From Pelomyxa schiedti (Eukaryota > Protista > Evosea): DNA of 64,000 bases. How positions within the stretch are numbered: position 1 is the first letter of the stretch; every line of letters begins with the position of its first letter. Below, piece by piece: positions 1 through 11,434 of the stretch. The position numbers were made by a program, and so were the translations under genes. Where the stretch lies: positions 1-64,000 of the forward strand of contig JAHLWZ010000811.1 of assembly GCA_020536535.1 (NCBI GenBank), in the 5' to 3' direction. Under the pieces are notes generated by a model. The model searched no databases and had not been told where the DNA came from. It was given only the letters and a program-made list of their open reading frames with translations.

Positions 1-36
1 CCCCCCCCCCCCCCCCCCTTTTTTTTTTTTTTTTTC
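1..36. repeat. C18/T18 homopolymer tract, probably the pyrimidine tract of an intron
   Basis: The window opens with a poly-C run then a poly-T run, followed by 'tttgttcag' (acceptor-like) just before the first coding segment. Confidence 0.6.
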
Positions 37-52
37 TGATTTGTTTGTTCAG

Positions 53-1116
53 ATTCACGATAACGGAGGAGGGGGCATATACTGGAGGATGTAGTGATTA
101 TGTAGACAACAAAGTATACATAGTGTATGGCGGTTATAATGTACGAATCGATACTCTTGACCCTGTCACTGGTGTCGTTACTACGGGGTATATCTTAACA
201 AAAATAAAATTCTTTTTTCTGGGTTTTTATTGACTATGTCATTAGCACTAAATTCACACTCCCTGAGCAAGTGGCTGATATTAAATGCGATTCTGTGTGG
301 CACACAGTAGTGCTATTTACTTTGGCCGTTGGTCAAATGAGTGCTTCTGTGTATAATGTTGTTCCTGCCACAGGAGAGTTCACATTAAAGTCATATTATA
401 ACTCATCAGACTCCCAGCTTTGGTTAAGGTAGTACTCTTTCACAAGACGTTGGTTGGAGTTTTCACTTTTTACAGCTATGGAGACCAAACCTACGATAGT
501 GAGTCACATCAATTCTTTTTCCCGAATCTCTATGGCGAAAAACCTCCTGGACCCACTTATATTGGAGATATGATTGTGTTCAATTTGGATACTGGGGATG
601 TTTCCCTTTATCCTTGGGAAAATCAAGCCTTCCTCTTTGAGGTATTTCCAAAAAGACCTGTTACTTCCCGTGTCTAATTACTTTTAGTCTCCGTCTGCCA
701 TTCCTGGGGGAAAAACCCTCATCGGAAATAACATGTCATTCATTAGATCATTTGGAGACCGCAACATTAAGCGATCCTTCAGGAATCCAAGTAAGCTCTT
801 AGTAAATCCGTCACATCATAACCGGCATTCCACAATAGAACCACAGGCCGTGGACCAGTTTTTCACCACGTTGATGGTGAACGACTACAACGCCAACACA
901 TTCACCAACATTGGCCCCACTGACCCCCTCGATGGTGGAGTATGGGGAGTGGGTTCTGTGTATGATCCAGCAAGCAACCAGTATTACTTGTTCGAGGATG
1001 CACCCGCGGCCTTCAGCTACCTTCTGACTTGGGATGTTACAACCGGGGTCAGGACTCAGTCTCAATCTTTCGTATTGGACCCTTATATCTGGATGGGGTA
1101 TCTGACTGAGGCCTAA
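53..1116 (+). CDS. Multi-exon hypothetical protein, 5'-truncated, beta-rich (possibly secreted or propeller-like)
   Basis: ORF fragments 45-233, 420-677 and 733-1116 are separated by GT..AG introns and share a Tyr/Asp/Gly-rich beta-strand character (e.g. YDSESHQFFF, YDPASNQYYLF). No family recognised. Confidence 0.55.
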
Positions 1117-1229
1117 ATGTAGTTGTTTGGCGAAACGGTGATAACACTGTCACGTAATTTATTTCTCTTGTTCTAAACACCCTTTTTTGGTTGAAATTAT
1201 TGTTATTATAATGTGTTGACAAAATTGTT

Positions 1230-3647
1230 TCATGAAATGATACAGCTGTCTTCTTCGGATTTTGTTGCAGAGGATGATGTGGTTGCTGCAACCACTTCCA
1301 ACAAAGACTTGGCGTTCTTTGAAGGTTTAGTGGGTCCAGAGTTTGTATACACTCCATCAAGGGTTTTCTCAAACCTACGGAGTTGTGCAACAAATCCAAG
1401 GTTGGGGCACACAATTGGCCGCTTTTCCCTGACCAGTGTGAAGGCGTCTTCATATCCCACATTACAGTGGTGCATGACGTAGGAAGTCACAATGGTAGCA
1501 GACCGGGATATTCCGGCGGCACTAGGGAAAGTTTGTTGGTTTTATTTATGTGGGTTTCAGAACGTGGGATCAACCAATGAACAAGGACACAGCCACCTCT
1601 TTGAAGTGCGTTGTCAATATACTGGTGGCATTTGGTGAAGTATGAGAATAAGTTCACTGTCGGTTGATCGTCCACTGGAATTGAAAGGTAGTCGAAAAGC
1701 TGAAATTATTGGGATACAGGAGAAAAAAGCCCGGAGATGGGAAGTACCGGAGGAAAGTATTTTGTATCCATGTCACAAACAGAAAGAATGTGGGTGATAC
1801 CACTTGACTTTTCGGGGTGTAAATTGCACGTATATAGGATGAATGACAGCATTGGAAACCTTGAGGAAATGCTTGTTTTGAGCTGCCCATATAGACCCAA
1901 GCCACAATCCAGGTAATATAAGATCGGCATCATGGGAAGTTGTCTCTATACATTGTGATGGAAGGGGAGTTTGTGCTCCGGGCATAGTCTGTGGAGGGGT
2001 TAGAATGATGGCACATCGAAAAGGAGAGTACCTTATTTCCTACAAAATTACATTTTCTGAGTGGTAGAAGCTTCAGCTCTTCAGGGAAAACTTCAATATC
2101 ATTATAGCTGGTTATAAATAAGAAGTAATGCAATTAATATAATTTAGTCGAAGTACCTCAAATCTAAGTTCTGAAGAGAAACAAGATCGGAAATTGTTGA
2201 GGGTATACTGGTAATACAATTTTTATTGACTGAAAGATGAAGCAACTTGGTGGCTTGTAGTACTTCGGGAAATACAGAAAAATCGTTGTCACTGGACTTT
2301 GGTTAGAAATTCACACCCAACATAATTGACCTACTTCAAATTGAGTGTTGTTAACAAAGGGATAAATCGCATGGTATCAGGGACTCGTTTAAGGTGATTG
2401 CAGGAGAGGTCAATGCTGTTTGATTGATTGAGGGGGTGGCGAAAGGATCACTAGAACTCACCTTCCTAGATGCATTAAGAGCCGCATATCTTCAAATGGT
2501 GGGGAAAATTCGGTTATATTGTTGTATTGCAGTTTCAATGTCTTTAGGGAGCTCAAGGAATACAAACACGATTCCACCATTGATAACTGGTTATTTGATA
2601 GATCCAATTCCACGAGAGAGGTGAGTGCCCCTGTATTCTGTTAATAATTCGGAAAGGTCTGTGAATTTATCAACCAAAGGATGGAGGCAGTGATGCGATG
2701 CTATTGTGCCCCGCCATAAGACTTTTCAATTTCGTCATACTACCTAAATACTCTAAGATCAAGATTAGTATAACTTCTACCAACCTATGTTGGAGGGGAT
2801 ATCTTGAATGGAATTAAAGGAGAGCAGTAAATGCTGCAAATTGGTAAGAGTCGCTATATTGAAGTGATTGAGTTTCTTTTGAAAAGGAAAGAAGTAGGTG
2901 GAATAAAAGTAAAGAAGAGAGCTGTACCTATCTGTTCTGGGATGTGAGTTATCTTGTTACTGCTTACAGAAAGAGAATCTAATGCTGTGAGTGAGAAGAC
3001 AGTACTTGGTATCTCGGTAAATGCATTTAGTGAAACTGACAATCTTGTCAATTTGGAAAGACTCTAATATGAAGGGTAGTTTGAATACTCTATTCAGTAG
3101 AAAATAGGGAAGAACACACAGAAATGGATTCTGGAAGGCAAACTAAGTTGTTGTCATTGAGTTCAAGGACCATTAAGTTGCACAACATGGACACAGAATC
3201 CGGTATCAAGGTTATCTTGTTGCTTGGTAACTGCAACTTAGCAAGTTGTTGGTCTTGCCAGAGACTTGGCGGAAATTTATGCGGAAGAGAGAAGTCTCTA
3301 AGTTGTAGGTTTTTGTTATTGTAAACTGTCTATTTCTTATAAGTACTTCATATAAATATAGTTTGTTGTCACGGACGGGCATTCTGGGTTTGTTTTTCCC
3401 CAGATAAGCAGACAAACCTGCAATAGACACGTAATTCACGTCTCTCCACAGTTTCGGCCACGCATGCTGCACGACCAAAGCCACCAGGGTCAGATGCAGC
3501 AGATGTAGTAAATGTAGTAGTGCTTGCGCTTGTGATTATGGGAGTACTCGTTGACGAGGAGGAAGAAGAAGACGTCGTGGTTGTTGTTGTAGTTGTGGTG
3601 GGTGCTGGTGCTGAATGTTGTGATGATAATGATGGGGTCGAGGCCAT
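1230..3647 (-). CDS. Leucine-rich-repeat dual-specificity (MAP kinase) phosphatase, Dictyostelium MPL-like architecture, C-terminal CaaX (CIIS)
   Basis: Ser/Thr-rich N-terminus from ATG 3647. LRR exons (LSVSLNAFTEIP, LSVSSNKITHIP, LELNDNNLVCLP) precede a DSP domain: ILPGLWLGSIWAA, catalytic HCAAGISRS assembled across intron 1522-1574, and RPIVCPNLGFVAQL. Stop at 1230. Confidence 0.85.
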
Positions 3648-4260
3648 TCGGGGTTGTGAGAACTGTACACCAGTGATTGTTGTGGTAATTGATTTCACAA
3701 GCGGGCGGAAATCAGCTGTTGTTTCAGAGAAGGGACCATTCGGAAGAATGCTGGATTACCCTGTTCTCTCCTGAACCAAACTTGCACAGCGCACTCGACA
3801 GCCGCAGCTGGCAGCTGTGTGCTTTGTTAGTGTCCCTGGTAATGCTTGTTTCCGATCTCTCGGAGGACACGGAAAAAAGTCGCGTTGAAACGTGCACTTC
3901 ATTCATATCAGAAAATACAAGAAACAAAATTTTAAGTCCGGGAAGGTGGGTAGGCAGTTGTGGGTGGGGAGATGGGAACGGAGGTGAGGGGCTCTTGGGA
4001 AGGAGCTCCTTTCAAACCTCCTCGGATCAAGGGGGTGTCCGCCAGATATACAATACAGTACAGACCCAACAACAGTTCGCCAAGAGTGCGGCGAGCGGCG
4101 TCGTGGCGTCGAGGTTTGTTGTTGTTGTTTCGTTGTTGGCTCCTGTTGTTTGGGTCTGTTCTGCGTGTCACCTGGCTGAATTTATCCCCTTTGCTTCTCC
4201 ACTCACGCACCACACATTCTTCCTTGGTACCTCCCTTCCGTCGGCGTGTGGCTCTGGTGC

Positions 4261-7200
4261 TTAATTGAGAGGAATCTTTTGGCTTCCTCTCTCTCCCAGG
4301 GCCTTGTGCGCGCTCTTCATGACAATAAATGTCACGATGTCGTACACAACTGCGGCTCCAAATAGCATCCAGCACCCTTGCTCCAGTGTGGCAATGACAT
4401 CAAAGCATGTATCATAACCGCCGAGAAGGGGGTCCATGTACTTGGCTAGTAGGACATCAACCCCGACGCAGTAATCCGCGACGATAAACAGCGCCAGTTG
4501 TTCGATTTCCAGAAGCGCAGCGAGAATAGACACAACAAAGACCTTGGAGGTGTTAGCAGAAAACTTGAACAATTCGATTGTGACATACATCCAGGGATGC
4601 CCAAGCATTCAGAACCTCGCAGAAGGTGTACCAATGCCGCTGAGTGCGTCTACTCATTGGGATGAGCCATAAAACTAGCAGGGCTATCAGATGAATGACT
4701 GGGAGGCATATTGCTGTGAGCAGGAATACAGCTTGCACTGTCCTTACAGTAAATGAATTGGGCTCTGCTGTGGCACCGGGCACCTTGAAGGCTATACTGA
4801 TAACGGAATATGTTGCTTCACTAAAAGCTGGGTGAGAAAAGGCATGGACAGAGATGTTTCCTACCTCGGTGAAGAGTACGGTTGCAATACGTCTAAGAGC
4901 CAACCGGCAGCCCCCTTGAAAGAGAATGAAAATGAGGGGGTAATGAGGCCAAGAACGAGAACAGCGAGAGTGAATATGAGACCAAATACAACCATCAGAT
5001 TAAACAGCACACGGACGAAAGTTGTCTTCGTGTGCATCACGTGGACACACAGTGCCTCGAGATTTGAGGAAGCTTCATCAGCTTGCTTTTTAGAAGGTGA
5101 TTCAGCATAGCGATGAAGTGCCACCAGGATATGTGAGAGAATCAAAGAAAACATTGTCCCCAGCATTAAAGTCAAGAACCCGTACAAAGGATCCACGAAA
5201 ACAACGATCTGGAAGGGATCTGTGTTTCCCGCAGGCTCATAGGGGGGGAATTCAATGATCATGTGAAAGGCCACAAGCATCATAACCATGACATAAGAAT
5301 CGAGCATTGACCACTTGCCAAAAGCGTCTATACAGATATTAACATATGTTCTCGTAACAAGGATGGAGGTGTTACCTAAGAACATGAGAAGGTACTCCCT
5401 GGATTTCACTGATACGATCTTAACTGGGGCAACCCATGCGGCAAACATCAGGACTAATTTCAAGTAAGGCCAAGCTCCAGAGAATATGCAAATCAAAAGG
5501 GACAAAGGCCATACTCCCGCCAGCCACATATCCTAGATATGAATAAGAATGAGGAGTATTAATGAAAAGCATACATGAACACTGTTCGCCAACGTGAACG
5601 CAAACATTGGTGGAAAGTTTACAGAACGGCCAAGACCAGTGATCAAAGCTAAGTAAACTGATGCTCCACCAGATGTATTGGAAGACACAAATATCATCAT
5701 GTTGAGACAAATCAAAAGAGGCATGAGGTATCGCATCCACGCAGGTATCTTGGGATGGAGAATAAGGCAAGGGTGTTGTTCTTGCTCAGTTTTGAGAGGA
5801 GACATTTCTGAATATGGACTGTCTGCCTCTTTTTTAGCCTTCTTCCTGTACCTTTGAATGCAGATACATATTCCTGTAACAATAAAGAATACAAGGAAGG
5901 ACCCAATGATGGAACTGTAGGTTGCGTAGGGGTTGGGCCTGTCCAATTTATATGGAACGTCCTCTTGATATTCGCACTCTGCCTCATTAAGCCCAGTGGA
6001 CATCAGATCGTTCAGCATTACAACCACAGGACCTGCAACAAAGCCATTCAAGAAGGCGGGGACACACTGCTCAAAAGATGTCGTAAGTAGAAGAAGTACA
6101 TCATCTATTGCTTGGTCGACGTCATCTTCAAGATCACCAGCTGAAGCGACAAGCCCTAGTTGCGCTATGGTGATATTAAAAAGCAACTCTGTAATGGCGG
6201 TGCTGTTTGCTCCAAATATCCCCAGTAGGCACTGTGGATCCATGCACATTGTATTTGTGTAATTTTCTGATCTCTGTGGATATACCGTAACTTGGAAGGT
6301 ATTGTCTAGAACATTTTCTTCCAGCTTCAGTGTGAAGCGAGCTTCTTCGTATAGCCAGTGAGAATCATGAATGACATCTGAGGCAACAGAAACATTGACG
6401 GAAAAAGTAGCATTCAGGGAAATGACCCCCAGATTCGTTTCAGAAACAAGCGTATACAATTCGTGTGGAATAAGCAGTTGGAATGTCTTCCATGTGTTAA
6501 GCCCTCCAATGGAGAGGTCTAAGATGCCCAAGTCGAGTCTCCCGAGGCCTGGGATCTCAATAGGGATCATGATGTCTAAATCATCGAAAAAGAAACTACC
6601 TAGTTCAAGGTCAGTTCAAGAATTATGAGCAGGCTAAGATACCAGTGCCATTTGTAATAACATTGATGAGATCATTAAGTCCTAAAGTACCATTGATGCC
6701 GATAAATTCATTGAACATATAATCCAACATGTTTACTAAAGCACTTTCACTCAAGTTGAAAGCTCCTGGCTTGAGGAGAGGAATGGCATGTGGTGGTTGG
6801 GGGAGGATGTATGGATATATGACCGAATTGAGGTAGGTGAGAACTTCAGTGAGGTTGTCGTTTACGAGAACGTGAAGAAGATCACATATCACAACCTCCA
6901 AGGCCTTCTCAAGAGCAGGAATGGTGTTGTTCTTCATAAGAATTTCGTCCATCTGCTCAGCAAAGTTGCCTCCTGTGAAGTTGAGCTCAGAGATCACGAT
7001 GTCGCTGAAGCACTTGGTGACATTGGCAGCAGTTGCTAGCCCCACGTCATCTTGCTGCAGAGTAATTTCCACATCCACAGATGAATTTGTTACCGTTGCA
7101 ACGAGTGTTCCGGCGCCGTAATCCACTGTTCTTCCGTGCTTGTTTATTGCGCTGAATGCAGCAAAGCAGGAAGTTCCCAGCCCAAATACACCAAGCTCAA

Positions 7201-7486
7201 CGCTGTTTCTCTCCAAATCCACGCTGGAAGAAACTTCTTCTAGCGATATTCCATGACAAGTAATGTTGGTGATGTTACACCAAACCTCGTGAAAAGTGAC
7301 AAATGTGTAGTTGAAGTAGAGCTGCTGATCAGGAACCGTAATAGAGAAATCGGCAAGCCAACACCGTAAATCGCACGGCCCGTCATCAGTTGTGTGGGCC
7401 TCTCCGGATCTTGCGGAGGAAACACAAAGCAAAGAAACAAGGCAAAACACGAACAAACAGAAACACGACTGGATCTTGGCCTGCAT
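4261..7486 (-). CDS. Large signal-peptide membrane protein with two C-terminal PqiA (paraquat-inducible protein A)-like modules
   Basis: Signal peptide MQAKIQSCFCLFVFCLVSLLCVSS, then a long lumenal region. PqiA motifs follow: SLLICIFSGAWPYLKL...GKWSMLDSYV, and a second copy LNAWASLDV...ALLEIEQL. Exons joined by GT-AG introns. Confidence 0.8.
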
Positions 7487-7810
7487 CTCCGGTGCACTGG
7501 CACAACAAAGTTGCTGCCGGGCTTACACTTTTTTGTTTTTTTTTTTTTATGCTGCTACGGGGGAATTTCGTACCACCAACTTTTCTTCGTAAAAAGGGGC
7601 AATAATTACTCTATTTAGTATCGGTGCACCAAAGATGCCGTGGTGATCCAAAGGTGCAATCTCATTATCTCCGAATCTAAAAATTCTGGGTGGGAACAAC
7701 CACGAATTACTGTCGCGAAATTTCCTGTGAAAAAAAAACATCGAGAATGAGACAAAGAGCATACCAATAATAGCGCCAAACACACCCCACAGCGACATCG
7801 TGATATCAAC

Positions 7811-8586
7811 ATGTCCGACACATCCGCGGAAGAAACGTTGTACCAAATGTTCCCTGCGTGCCCTAGATTTATGGTTAGGTGTGCGCCATCTGCTATATCT
7901 GTTTTTGTTGTTGTTTGTGGGGGTTGATGTTTCTTTGGTACCTTGTTTGTTTTACCCATAATAGAGAAGCATTGAGGAGTCACCCTAATAGCGTGGAGAG
8001 CGCTGCGGTGTCGTTGCTGTGCCTCGATTCGTTGTCTCCAGCTGAGCTTCATCAGAGGCGCAAGAAGGCGCTCGAGGACGAGATTGGGATGCTGGAGGCC
8101 GAGGCGGAGGATTTGAGGAGGGTGGCTCTAGAAGTAAGGCCGACGTCGGTTGCGACCCCCCAAGATCCGGTATGAAAAATTGATGCCACTCAATCTCGCG
8201 AAGCCTGACTTGTGTAACTAGGACCAAACTAAAGACCATGAGAAGTTGGTTGAGGATTTGTTGAAGGTGAGTAGTAGGGGCGGATCTCACACCTGCTGTA
8301 AGTTTTTTCAATAACGCGAAAATTGTAGGAACTGTCCCACAAGGAGGAAGAAGTGTGCAGCCTGCGCGCCGCGGCTTTGTCTGTCATTGATGACCACAAC
8401 CAAGGGGGTTCACTCAAAGATCTGATGAAGAGGCTTCCGTATGCTGAGGAGCTCGTTGTGCGCGCCGGACGTGGCGCCAAGGACGCCTGTGTGCAGATCC
8501 AAGGCTGGTTTGAGATTATGGGAGCTATGGCACACGAGTGGTACTACGACGTGATTGCGAACAGGGCTCACATATCGCCCGACTGA
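7811..8586 (+). CDS. CUE-domain (ubiquitin-binding) coiled-coil protein
   Basis: ATG 7811 plus intron 7879-7964 gives MSDTSAEETLYQMFPACPRFMVREALRSHPNSVESAAVSLL, which has the CUE MFP...LL signature. Further exons (DQTKDHEKLVEDLLK; ELSHKEEE...HISPD) run to the stop at 8586. Confidence 0.7.
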
Positions 8587-8978
8587 GACCAAAAGCACTG
8601 CATAGTACCCAGAGATCAAATATGTCTGTTTGTTTTTTGTTTTGTTCTTTTGGTGTTTATTTCCGTTGGTGTCACGGTGGTCCGTTCTGGTCAGTAGGCA
8701 GCCGAAAAAAAAAGTGAGAATCGCAGGCAGTGCCTGGTTCCTATTGGTTACCAAAACCCCAACTTGCCGTAAATTCAGGAACCCAAAACTCAGAGTCCCC
8801 AGTTGTTGTTCCAGTTCTTCCTGGACCTGAGATCAGATGCTTGTAAGTACTCCCCAACGGGATCAACGATGTGCACATCAGTCCGGACTGAGGCCCAGAT
8901 CGCAGGTGCTAATCTGATAAGTACAGTTCATCGTAGATCGGAGAATACCAAACGAAAAAAAGAGAAAAGCGAAGAGCC

Positions 8979-11337
8979 ATGGCTCGTTTACTCGGCCTAG
9001 TTGTCATTTCTGTGCTCTTTGTTTGTCGGTGTTGTTGTGACCAAGACGAAAAAATCATTGTGCTGCACACTAACGATTTTCACGGCAATTTGGAACCGTA
9101 TGAGTTCTCGTATTAATTACTTTAACGGGCCACCGTTACGCGTATTAGTTTTACTATATGGCGAGATCTAGCTCCTTGTGTAGCGCTAAACAAGGAATAA
9201 CAACTAGGGACGACACCGGGGCTGGTGGATCTGCACATATTGCGTGGTTGGTGGAACAAATTCGAGGATATGAGGATGACCACACCCACGTATTGTTGGT
9301 GGATGTAGGCGACGTATTTTTTAGCGCCCCGGCTATTTCCGAACTTGTTGAGGGCGAGAGTACCGTTGAGATCTACAATACTATGGGTGAGTATTTCAAA
9401 CAAATTTCCTCACTGAGTTTTTTTTTTTTTTTTTAAATCCCGGGATATTTATATATTTATTAGGGTACCAAGTCGCTGCTATTGGCAACCATGAATTTGA
9501 CAAAGGAATAGATGTCCTTGCAGGTTTTCTACATTCATCACAAATTATCACAGCAAATAAACCAACAAAAGATAGAATAAATCAGTCCAACTTTGTCTGG
9601 GTTTCAGCTAATATCATTCTTGATGGCACTGAGTGGGACCAACCTTCCTGGATACAACCATATACCTTTCTACAAGCTGGCTCCTTTACTGTTGGCATCT
9701 TAGGGCTAATAACCACTGAGACACCTATCGTTGCAGCACCAGGTGTTCTTGCTGGTATGGAAAATGTGACCATCCCTTTTGCCAATTACCTAGAATGAAT
9801 ACGACAGGCCTTCATTTCCGGGATATGCTAGAAACTACTCTGCACTACTATGACGAGATTGAGGCCGCCAGTGACATCATTATCATTCTGGCACATTGTG
9901 GCACTGAAGACTCCTTGACAAATGGCGTAACCTACTCAGTAAGCATCCAACGGAATGGTGCACCACTAAATATCCAAGGGAACGAAAACTCTTGCCCAAG
10001 GTCTTGCTGATGCCTCCAAACCAGTTGCTGCGATACTTGGTGGTCATACCAATGAGGTCATACAACCACCCATGTATGTTGATGGTATCTATATTGCAGA
10101 GGCTGGGTATAAAGGGTACTATGTGGGCCAAGTAAGTACTTCTCAAACTGTCTTTCAACACTTAGGAAGTACTAGATTGAGGTTAACATTTCCCCTGACA
10201 CACAAACCTATGAAGTATCCAATGGGTGCCTCCATGCAATCTCTGATAGCACTTGTGGTGAAGATACTGCTGTAGCCACTGAAGTTGCCTACTGGAATGC
10301 AGAAGTAGAGCCCCTCACGAGTACTGTACTTGGTACTACAACAGTAAACCTCACGAGAACTGATTCTGGTGAAAGCCTCATGGTGCATCAAACTCGGTCC
10401 TATCTTGCAACTTTTTTACTTTTATAGGGTGACTTTTCCAGTGATGGAGTATTGTGGGCAGCAGATTGGTGGGATAATGACAAAATAGACCAGAGTATAG
10501 ATATTGGCTTCAATAATCCTGGTGGTCTCAGAGCAGATATCACGTGTCCTCATACAAGTAATGCCCTTTAAGTATTCATTTGCATTCATCTCCTTAGGTA
10601 TATGTAATGTAACTTGGGGTGACACGTTTGAGGTTTTGCCATTTGGAAATACATTGTATGTAATGAGTCTTACTGGACAGCAGGAAGGCAAGACTTAACT
10701 CAACTTCGTATCTAACTTGTACAATTTAGATCATCGACGTTCTTGTTCAGGGGGCATCGTTATCTAAGGGAATGATCCAGGTGTCAGCTGGGCTCTCTTT
10801 TGAGTGGTGGAACACTGGAACCGATTATGGTGTACAAAATGTGCAACTTAAGGGAACGGCTATATCTCTTGTCAAGTCCTACAAGTGGGTGCCTACCAAT
10901 GACACATTTAAATTCACCTGCGGTGTAGAATAGCAGTTAATTCTTTCCTTGCCGAAGGGGGTGACTCTTGGCTCACATTCTTGAATGGCACTGACAGAAC
11001 TGACACACAGGTATTTTTAAAAATTTATGAGTGAATGAGTTACTTCCTACAGTATAATGATCAAGAGAGTCTAAATGCGTACATCACTGACACTGCTGGT
11101 CTCTCTACACATATTGACTCTGTGGACATAGCATGGGGAAGGGCAACAGAGGTTTCCGGGCCCTCAAAAACACCTGCCTACAGTAGTGCCCTGTACCCAA
11201 GGAAGAGCAAACGCCCCAAAGTTTTCTTGGGAGAATCACCCAACAACTGTACCATACTGACGGGTTCCTCTGCACACCTGTCACCCTTATTCTCTGTCCT
11301 CATGTTTGTCATATTTAATGTTGTCCTGTACTTGTAA
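8979..11337 (+). CDS. Secreted or GPI-anchored 5'-nucleotidase/apyrase (calcineurin-like metallophosphoesterase plus 5'-NT C-terminal domain)
   Basis: Signal peptide; metal motifs LHTNDFHG, DVGDVF, GNHEFD, LAHCG and LGGHTN; C-domain FNNPGGLRAD and VLPFGNTL. Ends in a Ser-rich spacer and hydrophobic tail typical of a GPI signal. Confidence 0.9.
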
Positions 11338-11434
11338 AAACGAGGAATTATTTTTCTTGTAGTTCCAAAAGAAAGAAGTTTGTTTTTGATCTAGGACACT
11401 GTACACAAAAAAAACATTTTTTAACACCAACACG

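Noticed and set aside
7547-7846. 99-aa hydrophobic minus-strand ORF
   Set aside because: It overlaps the start of the CUE gene on the other strand and the divergent promoter/UTR region, and has no recognised motif.
9790-9833. Apparent non-canonical intron bounded by CTAGAA direct repeats in the 5'-nucleotidase gene
   Set aside because: A canonical GT-AG intron at 9755-9807 restores the frame and gives the expected VLAGLHFRDMLE motif.
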